DNA of 24,000 nucleotides from Photobacterium sp. BZF1 (GTDB lineage Bacteria; Pseudomonadota; Gammaproteobacteria; Enterobacterales; Vibrionaceae): NCBI RefSeq assembly GCF_014349205.1, contig NZ_JACSOF010000032.1, positions 1 to 24,000 of the forward strand, read 5' to 3'. Shown piece by piece: positions 1 to 6,878 of this stretch (position 1 is its first letter; each line of letters starts with the position of its first letter). The notes under the pieces were generated by a model. It saw only the letters and a program-made list of their open reading frames with translations, ran no database searches and was not told where the DNA came from. The position numbers and the translations under genes were made by a program.

Positions 1-537
1 TGGCGCGAGCATCAGGAGCTCCCTAAGACGTCGGATATATGTCAGCGAGCCGTATCTAATCAGTTCTTGCAATCACAGGGGCGTCCATATATGTCCAGAA
101 CCTTCTTAGGCACCACTTCGTAACTCAGAAATGCCCCATTTCGTGTTCTTGGGGCTGTAGAGCAAAATGAGCCACACTCTTTGCAGCCTATATTTTCTAA
201 TCAACATCTCTCTATTTGATTAAAAACCAACCATATTACTGTAATCACATCAACAGGCAATAAATGTGATGAGTGTTTAAAAGGATTCTTCATTGTTAAC
301 TTTTATTACACTGAGCTATTTGTCTTCGCATCAAACGAAGAAACTCTCCTCGAATTTTAACTTTCTGTTTTGACTTAGGTATTGTCATTTTTGAAAGGGT
401 TATGCCCCATAATGTACATTAGATTATCTGTCGGAATATTTTACAGTGGGCACTTATTTTGCTCCTAACACATTGAATCTAATGCTTGGCATATTTGTTG
501 CTTCAGTACGAAGCAACGCTCCCAATCAGATTTGGTT

Positions 538-1170
538 ATGACAATGAAAACTAAAATCGTACTTCTTTTATTGTTTGTGACGTATAGCCACTTCTCACAT
601 GCCACCCCCATTCTCCAGATTAATGGGAGTGGCCAGTTGACAGGAGCGCTAAGTGTGGAAGTGGATGGTAACCTATATGATGTAGATTTCTTAGATGGGA
701 CGTGTGTCGATTTATTTGATGGATGTGATGAAGAAACTGACTTCTTATTCACAACCAGCAATAGTGCCCTTCAGGCATCTCGAGCGTTATTAGACCAAGT
801 TTTATTAGATTCTCCCTTAGGCTTGTTTGATTCAGACCCATTTTCTGTTGCAGGTATTGAGGCTTCAACAGTCTTAGACTACGGTGTAATTTGGACTCCG
901 TATGACACATTTTTTCCAACCAGTAGTTCGATTCGGGCCACGACTGTAAGTAACTATCCTAGCTCCTCATCTTTCTCTGATAGTGTTGGTAATGGATTAT
1001 ACAATCAAGGATCAGAAACTCGTGTATTCGAAGTGTTTGCAGTATGGTCAGAAGCTGCCGACGTACCTGAACCATCAGCTATCAACTTATTCCTATTTGG
1101 CTTGTTGATACTTGGAGTAAAACAGAGAAAATCAATCTCAACTTTCATGCTGCACAGACTAATCACCTAA
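538..1170 (+). CDS. secreted protein with a C-terminal PEP-CTERM-type sorting signal
   Basis: ORF track gives 532..1170 starting at a TTG. The ATG at 538 or 544 is more plausible. The N-terminal signal peptide is KTKIVLLLLFVTYSHFSHA/TP. The C-terminus VPEPSAINLFLFGLLILGVKQRK shows a PEP motif, a hydrophobic helix and a basic cluster, followed by 12 extra residues. Confidence 0.7.
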   Translation: MTMKTKIVLLLLFVTYSHFSHATPILQINGSGQLTGALSVEVDGNLYDVDFLDGTCVDLFDGCDEETDFLFTTSNSALQASRALLDQVLLDSPLGLFDSDPFSVAGIEASTVLDYGVIWTPYDTFFPTSSSIRATTVSNYPSSSSFSDSVGNGLYNQGSETRVFEVFAVWSEAADVPEPSAINLFLFGLLILGVKQRKSISTFMLHRLIT

Positions 1171-1243
1171 ATAAACGTATCCATAATCGTTCTCTGAGGA
1201 ACCTTACAAAACCTTTGCCTTTACCCTAGTTCTTCTCACTTCT

Positions 1244-1276
1244 GAGTCAACAATGTAGTGATTGACTCATCTTTTT
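1244..1276 (+). terminator. rho-independent terminator after the PEP-CTERM gene
   Basis: GAGTCAA (1244-1250) pairs with TTGACTC (1262-1268), a 7-bp stem with an 11-nt loop, followed by CATCTTTTT. Confidence 0.6.
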
Positions 1277-1313
1277 CCCTATTTTAGGGGGAGGTTTACA
1301 TCCAGTATTCGAA

Positions 1314-1567
1314 TGTAAAAAACACTGACACTTTCATCAGACTTCCTGAAAGAAAATATCCTTGTATGGGGTTGATTCTGCTGTTAATTTTTTAGGTTTG
1401 ATTCATCCCGATAACATGCTCAACAAATCTAAAAACACACTTTAGTGTAAAAAACTGACAGTTTGGAACTGTTAGCCAAGATAAACTGATTATGGGGTTA
1501 TGAACATCAAACCTAAAATGGTTTGAGATACTTTTTCTTATATTGAACCCCATGATTAGATTTTTTG
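1314..1567. repeat. degenerate ~130-bp tandem duplication, with a nested hairpin and T-run in copy 2
   Basis: TGTAAAAAAC(A)CTGACA occurs at 1314 and 1446, TATGGGGTT at 1365 and 1491, and GGTTTGA at 1395 and 1520, all collinear. In copy 2, ATGGGGTT (1492-1499) pairs with AACCCCAT (1546-1553) and encloses CAAACC-taaaat-GGTTTG (1508-1525). TTTTTT follows at 1561-1566. Confidence 0.35.
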
Positions 1568-1706
1568 CTCTAGCTCATTTCTGTCCAGAAACGTGTTTCA
1601 GGGCCCCAGGTTTTGACAGCACAAGCTTCTAAAGCAATAACAGCGTTAGTGGGAGTACGCTTAACTATGGCCCTGATCCAAGCATCAAGCTTGTATTTTC
1701 CTTCAA

Positions 1707-1930
1707 TGAACTGCTCGGCACTAAAGTACCGAGTTTCCCGATTGATGACGATAATCGTTGTCAATCATTGTTGTAAAATGGGCTTCTTTAGCGATGTTTG
1801 CTCCCTGTTGGAAGTCTTATTTCAGCCAAGCAAGCTTAGGGAAGCCCTAAAAAGAACAACATCTACCCATCCTGATTTTTATACTGACGCCAGAACTTAC
1901 GCCAGTGGCAGCTATGCTGCCAATTTCTGC
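1707..1930 (-). ncRNA. candidate omega/reRNA scaffold of the solo TnpB
   Basis: Location follows the TnpB rule: the 3' end of tnpB through RE. Hairpin GGCAGC-tat-GCTGCC (1907-1921) spans the stop codon. A 68-nt closed domain is formed by GGGCTTC (1780-1786) and GAAGCCC (1841-1847), with inner CCCT/AGGG and TTGG/CCAA pairings. The RE hairpin lies at 1714-1733. No expression evidence is available. Confidence 0.4.
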
Positions 1931-3303
1931 CTTCGATGAACCACTTTCTTACGAGTTTTTGCTGTCTCGGCAAACATTTCCTCTTTAATGTAAGTAACAG
2001 TGCGTTTACGAAGTACGAATGAAGCATTTTCATCCGCATTTTGTTTGTTGCCGCAATCTAAGCAAATAAACTCGGCTTGGGTTGGGCGTGCAGTATTTAA
2101 GCTGCCACAGCAACTACACTCTCTTGAGCTATTTACGGCATTGATGTCGTTAATGGCAACCTTGCCAGCATCCAACGCCTTATACTCAATAAATGTCGCT
2201 AACTGCCCCAGAGAGACATTGAGTAGTGAACGATTAAGCCCACTTTTAGCCTTAGCATGATTCTTTACAAACTTGCGACCAGAGGCAGTACGCTTAGGCT
2301 TCGCCTTTCGTGTCATACCTTTAAGGTTAAGCTTTTCCAGACCAATAATGTCTCGTGAAACCTCTACGAGCTTTTTAGAAATACAGTGGTTGTGATTCTT
2401 CCGACAATCAGCACTCTTCGCATCTATGCGAGAAATCTTGCGCTGCAATTTTTCCTGTCGCTTCGACTCACATCGCTTGGATTTGTTGCCGTTCAGCCGC
2501 TTCTTACGAGCTAAAATGCGCTGGTAGCGCGCTTTTCGCTTGGCTCGTTGCTTTTTGCGCTCCACTTCCTCTGGTGAGTATTTAACAGCGTAACCATCAC
2601 TGCTGCACAAGTGCAGAGCGATGCCACGGTCAACGCCAGTGATCTTATCGTAAAGTTTTGACTCAGAGAGGTGGGCGTAGTCAGCAAGGATTTGCTCAAT
2701 CTTTCGCTCTTTATTACCGTCATTGAAGCTGCCAGAGAGCGAAAACCTACGACCTTGGCGGCTGATGCGAAATTGGTTAGAAAGTTGTTCAGGCTTGTGC
2801 GGCAGGCGAATAGAAAAGACCTTGCGAGGTTTTTTCTTCGCATGTTCCACGATGGTAAGCATTGAACCATCACCAAAAGGCTCTAACTTGAAAAGCTCTT
2901 TAGTGATCACAACGCTGCGTTTCTTATATTTGTTTTTAATGCGAGGGAATTTTGCCAACTGATTCTTTGCTTTCACCGTGTCTTGATAGGCTTCGGTGGC
3001 AGCGTTACGTAAGAGCTGGACAGGCATATCCCTCAAAAAGAAAAGCTCAGGAATAGCCTTAATGTCAGCATAGCCTTGAGTAAAAGTTGGAAATTCTTCA
3101 CTGTCATTTGCCGCAATCAGTGATTTGAACTCACTGATTTTCTGGTTGCGCATCACGTTCGCAGCGCCAACCCATTGCGCAAAGAATTGCGCTTGGCTTG
3201 GCGTAAGACGCTCACTGATGTTGATGCTAAAACCACGAATTGACAGAGGGTTATCTCCAATAGAGTGCTGGATAAATATACAGCTGTGGTATTTTAATGA
3301 CAA
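1912..3303 (-). CDS. tnpB: TnpB-family RNA-guided endonuclease (IS605 OrfB type), 463 aa
   Basis: The RuvC triad is intact: GVDRGI (D), IGLEKLN (E) and NADENAS (D). The zinc ribbon is CSCCGS...CLDCGN. The motif KAKSGLNRSLLNVSLGQ is shared with the second TnpB (KAKSGLNKSILDQGW). The start is a TTG with an in-frame TGA 4 codons upstream, and there is no ATG in the first 50 codons. The canonical first strand (RGFSINISERLTPSQ) begins near residue 23, so the true start is uncertain. Confidence 0.9.
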   Translation of the reverse strand: MSLKYHSCIFIQHSIGDNPLSIRGFSINISERLTPSQAQFFAQWVGAANVMRNQKISEFKSLIAANDSEEFPTFTQGYADIKAIPELFFLRDMPVQLLRNAATEAYQDTVKAKNQLAKFPRIKNKYKKRSVVITKELFKLEPFGDGSMLTIVEHAKKKPRKVFSIRLPHKPEQLSNQFRISRQGRRFSLSGSFNDGNKERKIEQILADYAHLSESKLYDKITGVDRGIALHLCSSDGYAVKYSPEEVERKKQRAKRKARYQRILARKKRLNGNKSKRCESKRQEKLQRKISRIDAKSADCRKNHNHCISKKLVEVSRDIIGLEKLNLKGMTRKAKPKRTASGRKFVKNHAKAKSGLNRSLLNVSLGQLATFIEYKALDAGKVAINDINAVNSSRECSCCGSLNTARPTQAEFICLDCGNKQNADENASFVLRKRTVTYIKEEMFAETAKTRKKVVHRRQKLAA

Positions 3304-3412
3304 CCATTTTTGTCATCATTTTTATCTGTTTTCACCAAGGGCTTGACTCGCCGCTAAAGCATGCGAGATTACGCCCTATTTTTGTTCAAAATTGCTCTCT
3401 GTTTTGAATAAA

Positions 3413-3490
3413 TTAACGGCCATACCGTGTAAAGCTAGACTTAACGGCTATACCGTGTAAAATCACTTTTAACGGTTATCGCGTGTTAAA
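3413..3490 (+). promoter_or_regulatory. three 28-bp-phased operator-like repeats overlapping a candidate hipB promoter
   Basis: The repeats are TTAACGGCCATACCGTGTAAA (3413-3433), TTAACGGCTATACCGTGTAAA (3441-3461) and TTAACGGTTATCGCGTGTTAAA (3469-3490). Each contains ACGG-N5-CCGT or CGCG dyad symmetry. A candidate -35 TAGACT (3436-3441) and -10 TAAAAT (3458-3463) are separated by a 16-bp spacer. A Shine-Dalgarno AAAGG precedes the ATG at 3500. Confidence 0.6.
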
Positions 3491-3499
3491 AGGTTCGCA

Positions 3500-3754
3500 A
3501 TGAAAGTTACTTCTGCCACCCAACTCAGTCATTTACTGCAAGAAAGTCGCAAAGAACAAGGCTTATCACAGTCGAATACCGCCCAAAAAGTAGGGATCCG
3601 GCAGGACACAGTATCCAAGTTCGAAAATGCACCGGAAGGCACCCGGCTTGATACCTTATTTAAATTGCTTGCGGCGCTCGATCTGGAATTGGAAGTCCGC
3701 CCGCGCGGTGAACAATCTAACTCCAACAGCGAACAATGGAATGAGGAGTGGTAA
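3500..3754 (+). CDS. hipB: HipB antitoxin, XRE-family HTH transcriptional repressor
   Basis: The 84-aa protein has an HTH core, QGLSQSNTAQKVGIRQDTVSKFEN. The acidic C-terminal tail ends in ...EQWNEEW; a C-terminal Trp also ends E. coli HipB (...QQNLEW, from memory). It lies directly upstream of hipA once the IS is removed. Confidence 0.88.
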   Translation: MKVTSATQLSHLLQESRKEQGLSQSNTAQKVGIRQDTVSKFENAPEGTRLDTLFKLLAALDLELEVRPRGEQSNSNSEQWNEEW

Positions 3755-3755
3755 T

Positions 3756-3960
3756 TGACATCCTCCCCCGCCTAGCTTCGCTTATTTCGGCGGGGGATTC
3801 CCTGTTACTGGGTGCACACTAAATTGCTTTAGTGACTAGTTCCTGCTGCTGGCGGCATTGTTGCACCACTCACTGCACAGGCTAACAAGCGGTGTACCCG
3901 CTCTAATATATTTAATGCACCAACAATATCTGCGTTGTTGGTGTAACCACACTCAACACA
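3756..3960 (-). ncRNA. candidate omega RNA of the IS605-like element; the 5' limit is a guess
   Basis: Hairpin CACTAAA-GCAA-TTTAGTG (minus-strand reading of 3817-3834) has a GNRA tetraloop and overlaps the tnpB stop codon. The RE hairpin follows at 3764-3797. The element ends at 3756, so a read-out guide would be the reverse complement of the hipB 3' end. Confidence 0.5.
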
Positions 3961-5031
3961 TTCAAAGTGCGCTTGAGTTTGGCGGTTATCTTTCGACACA
4001 TGACAACAGCAAGGGCATGTTTGGCTTGTGTATTGCGCTGGGACAGCTATAACGATGCCTCCATTCCATTGCTGCTTATACTCAAGTTGTCGCCTAAACT
4101 CATACCAACCCTGATCTAGGATTGACTTATTGAGTCCTGATTTGGCCTTGACGTTCTTGCCGTGCTCCTCTGAATTACCTTTCGCTGACTTGGACATATT
4201 TGATACCCGTAAATCCTCTATCGCTATCATTGCGTGATTCTTGCTGATCTCGGAAGATGATTTGTGAAGGTAGTCCTTGCGGCAGTTGGCGATACGAGTG
4301 TGCAGCTTCTGAATTTTCGCCTTTTGTTTTTGCCAATTGGCAGAGAATTTGACCTTGCGAGTTAACTTGCGCTGCTCCGTAGCAAGACGCTTCTCATGTT
4401 TACGAAAAGCGTTAAGCGGCTTTAGGTGTGAACCGTCAGATAGCGCAACAAACTTTGATATGCCAACATCAACACCCACGGCAGATGTGGAAATATGCTT
4501 TGGCTCAGCTATTTCTTGCTCAACCTGAAAGGATATATACCAGTACCCCGACTTAAAGCTCACTGTGCAGTTTTTAATTGCTACTTGCACCTCTTGAGAC
4601 TTACGGAACTTCACCCAACCTAGCTTACTAGGCAACTTCACACGATTGCCTTCAAGCAGGCAATACTTGTTGAAGTTGACGAATCGGATCGAGTCTTGGT
4701 TCTTGCCTTTCTTCTTAAACCGAGGTTTTTCAGCCGCCAGAGATTTATCAAAGCAACGCATCCACGCACCATGTAAGTCTTTTAGCTTTTGCTGCAAGTT
4801 ATCGGTGTAGGCTTCCTTGAGCCACGCTAGATCTTCTTGCTTTTTCCACTGGGTCACTAGCTTATTAAGCTCAAAGGCGCTTGGGATCTTTTCGCCAGCA
4901 TCCAGCTTGTCTAAGCAGTGACGCAAGCCTTGATTCCACACAAACCGAGCATGACCGCAAAGCACAGCAAGCCTAGCTACCTGATCGGCAGTAGGCTCTA
5001 ATCTGAATTTATAGGCTTTGCGTATCAACAT
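3829..5031 (-). CDS. tnpB: TnpB RNA-guided endonuclease, 400 aa
   Basis: The N-terminus is canonical: MLIRKAYKFRLEPTADQ. The RuvC motifs are GVDVGI, IAIEDLRV and NADIVGALN. The zinc ribbon is CPCCCH...CVECGY. Confidence 0.93.
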   Translation of the reverse strand: MLIRKAYKFRLEPTADQVARLAVLCGHARFVWNQGLRHCLDKLDAGEKIPSAFELNKLVTQWKKQEDLAWLKEAYTDNLQQKLKDLHGAWMRCFDKSLAAEKPRFKKKGKNQDSIRFVNFNKYCLLEGNRVKLPSKLGWVKFRKSQEVQVAIKNCTVSFKSGYWYISFQVEQEIAEPKHISTSAVGVDVGISKFVALSDGSHLKPLNAFRKHEKRLATEQRKLTRKVKFSANWQKQKAKIQKLHTRIANCRKDYLHKSSSEISKNHAMIAIEDLRVSNMSKSAKGNSEEHGKNVKAKSGLNKSILDQGWYEFRRQLEYKQQWNGGIVIAVPAQYTSQTCPCCCHVSKDNRQTQAHFECVECGYTNNADIVGALNILERVHRLLACAVSGATMPPAAGTSH

Positions 5032-5097
5032 GACAAATCGGTGTGCTTACGTATAATACCTACATAATATGAACTTAAGTGAGTAAGATCAATATCA

Positions 5098-5505
5098 GTG
5101 TGCAATGTCAACAAAGGGCGGAACAGTTGCTATTCAATGCACTTGCATATCGTGTTTATCACCAAATATAGGCGCAAGGTCTTTGGTGAATTACACCTGC
5201 AAAATTTAGAAGCTACATTCAAAGAGTTGTGTCTGGCATTTGATGCAGAGTTGAAGGAGTTCAACGGTGAGTCAGACCACGTTCACCTGTTAATTTCAAC
5301 ATCACCGAAGACACCAAGTGTCGCAAAGTTAGTTAATTCACTCAAAGCAACTAGCTCACGTAGGATACGCAGAGAGTTTAATGATGTGGCTGGCGCATTT
5401 AGTAAAAACGTTCTTTGGAGTCGTAGCTATTTCGCAGGAACGTGCGGAGGTGCGCCATTAACGGTGATCAAACAATACATCGAGCAACAGGATAGGCCGC
5501 ATTAA
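5098..5505 (+). CDS. tnpA: IS200/IS605 Y1 (HUH) transposase TnpA
   Basis: Motifs present are HLHIVFITKYRRKVF, the HUH motif in SDHVHLLIS, and the C-terminal catalytic Tyr region WSRSYFAGTCGGAPLTVIKQYIEQQ. The start is a GTG. A TATAAT at 5052-5057 lies in the 66-bp divergent spacer. A small hairpin GATGC-tgc-GCATC followed by TTT sits after the stop. Confidence 0.9.
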   Translation: MCNVNKGRNSCYSMHLHIVFITKYRRKVFGELHLQNLEATFKELCLAFDAELKEFNGESDHVHLLISTSPKTPSVAKLVNSLKATSSRRIRREFNDVAGAFSKNVLWSRSYFAGTCGGAPLTVIKQYIEQQDRPH

Positions 5506-5570
5506 GATGCTGCGCATCTTTGGCTATTCCCCTCCCTGCTGCTTCGCAGGGAGTACCCTAGCCATTTAGG

Positions 5571-6878
5571 ATGGTGGCGATGAATGGCTACGAAGTAGGC
5601 ATACTGCACCAGTCCCCCACCGGTGCCCACCGCTTTCACTATTCACCAAGCTGGCTTGATACTCCCGGGGCGCGACCTATTTCGTTGTCGCTGCCACTTG
5701 GCCGGCGTCCTTTTCATGGCGAGGCAGTCTATAACTTTTTCGATAACCTGCTGCCGGACAATATGCAGATCCGCCAACGCATTGTTGCCAGACATCAGGC
5801 CAAATCCAGTCAGCCATTTGATTTGCTGGCCAAGATCGGCCTCGACAGCGTCGGCGCATTGCAGATCTACCCGTTGGACACCAATCCTGGCGATGTACGG
5901 CACATTAGCTGCAAGCCGCTGGATGACAGTGCGTTGGTACGCATCCTCAAGGGTTACCAAAGTGATGCCCCGCTAGGCATGATTGCCGAAGAAGATGACT
6001 TTCGTATATCCCTAGCTGGTGCCCAGGAAAAAACCGCCTTGCTACGCAGGGATAACACCTGGTGCCTACCGCAGGGCAGCACCCCGACCACCCATATCAT
6101 CAAGTTACCGATTGGCGAGATCCAAAGCCATTCCTATACCATCGATCTTGCCGAGAGTGTCGAGAATGAACTGGTGTGCCTTCGCCTTGCCAAAGCGTTC
6201 GGGTTGGCGGTTGCCGAGGTCGATATGCTGAATGTGAGCGATGTTAGGGCGTTGTCTGTGTCGCGCTTTGATCGCCGTGAATCCAAAGATGGCCTGTGGA
6301 TCATGCGCCTGCCGCAAGAAGATTTTTGCCAGGTACTCAATGTCTCTCCGGGTCGTAAATACGAGGTCGATGGCGGCCCAGGTATTGCAGAAATTATGCG
6401 TTATCTTCTGGCTTCGGAACAGCCAGATGCCGATCGCCGTGAATTCATGCGCGCTCAGGTCCTATTCTGGCTACTCGCGGCGACCGATGGCCATGCCAAG
6501 AATTTCTCAGTATTTCTTTTGCCCGGCGGTGCCTTCAGGCTGACACCTTTGTACGATATTTTATCTGTTTACCCAGTGATGGGTGGCAAGGAGTTGTCGG
6601 AGCGAAAAGCCAAGATGGCCATGGGCCTGTATGGTGAATCCGGCCGTCACTATAAATGGTATTCATTGTTCCCCCGTCACTTCTTGGCCACGGCTCGGGC
6701 GGTGGGGTTTTCAGAGTCAACGATGCAGCAGATCTTGGATGAATTCCGCGATCGTGCTCCAGAAGCTGTTGAGAGCGTGCGTGCACCTTTGCCTGATGAT
6801 TTTCCCCACCATATCAGCGACGCTATTTTGGGCGGGGTGCTCAAGCGGGCACGCCGGTTGGGTAGCGAACACCCGTAA
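5571..6878 (+). CDS. hipA: HipA serine/threonine kinase toxin; native start codon split by the IS
   Basis: Strong collinear similarity to E. coli HipA (from memory): ARPISLSLPL, FFDNLLPD, SQPFDLLAKIG-DSVGAL, FRISLAGAQEKTALL, TPTTHIIKLPIGEI, RLPQEDFCQ, KYE-DGGPGIA, ATDGHAKNFSV, LTPLYDI and PRHFLATA. The listed ATG at 5571 is 4 codons downstream of the reconstructed native ATG (A3754, T3755, G5561). The in-frame codon at 5559-5561 is now TAG. Confidence 0.92.
   Translation: MVAMNGYEVGILHQSPTGAHRFHYSPSWLDTPGARPISLSLPLGRRPFHGEAVYNFFDNLLPDNMQIRQRIVARHQAKSSQPFDLLAKIGLDSVGALQIYPLDTNPGDVRHISCKPLDDSALVRILKGYQSDAPLGMIAEEDDFRISLAGAQEKTALLRRDNTWCLPQGSTPTTHIIKLPIGEIQSHSYTIDLAESVENELVCLRLAKAFGLAVAEVDMLNVSDVRALSVSRFDRRESKDGLWIMRLPQEDFCQVLNVSPGRKYEVDGGPGIAEIMRYLLASEQPDADRREFMRAQVLFWLLAATDGHAKNFSVFLLPGGAFRLTPLYDILSVYPVMGGKELSERKAKMAMGLYGESGRHYKWYSLFPRHFLATARAVGFSESTMQQILDEFRDRAPEAVESVRAPLPDDFPHHISDAILGGVLKRARRLGSEHP

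Larger units (their letters stand above)
1707..3378 (-). mobile_element. tnpA-less IS200/IS605-family element (IS1341-like, tnpB only); ends approximate (+/- ~10 bp)
   Basis: Read on the minus strand, subterminal hairpins in direct orientation flank tnpB. The LE hairpin is CTCGC-atgCTTTAGcg-GCGAG (3347-3367). The RE hairpin is CTCGG-taCTTTAGtg-CCGAG (1714-1733). They share the CTTTAG loop core and differ by a compensatory C:G to G:C swap in the stem. The proposed LE starts 5'-TAGGGCG (rc of 3372-3378), like the TAGGGTA start of the neighbouring element. The proposed RE ends ...CAGTTCA (1707), compared with ...GGATGTCA in the neighbour. Confidence 0.55.
3756..5560 (-). mobile_element. complete IS200/IS605-family insertion sequence (divergent tnpA/tnpB, IS605-like layout), 1805 bp
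   Basis: Boundaries were set by reconstructing the empty site: removing 3756-5560 restores a TAATG hipB-stop/hipA-start overlap. The RE hairpin is TCCCCCGCC (3764-3772) with GGCGGGGGA (3789-3797). The LE hairpin is CTCCCTGC (5532-5539) with GCAGGGAG (5546-5553). Both arms are C-rich 5' on the minus strand, and both loops contain GAAGC. Confidence 0.85.

Noticed and set aside
1-123. Open frame entering from the left edge (...CQRAVSNQFLQSQGRPYMSRTFLGTTS*), followed by a GCCCCA/TGGGGC hairpin at ~135-157
   Set aside because: Only 40 codons are visible, with no recognisable motif. The hairpin lacks a U-tract on the plus strand. The evidence is insufficient to call a gene end.
1570-1764. 64-aa minus-strand ORF (LTTIIVINRETRYF...ALEACAVKTWGPE), faintly reminiscent of an IS110-type transposase N-terminus
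   Set aside because: It starts at a TTG directly after an in-frame TGA. It runs straight across the proposed RE hairpin and end of the TnpB element (1707-1733), so it is chimeric between IS and flank. It lacks the expected acidic catalytic residue (INRE instead of IDxxK). The similarity is too weak to call.
2000-4528. Multiple 60-121-aa ORFs antisense to or nested in the two tnpB genes (for example 2000..2260, 2511..2876, 2723..2962, 3858..4052, 4337..4528)
   Set aside because: They are fully contained in well-supported TnpB reading frames and have no independent signals. These are typical shadow ORFs.
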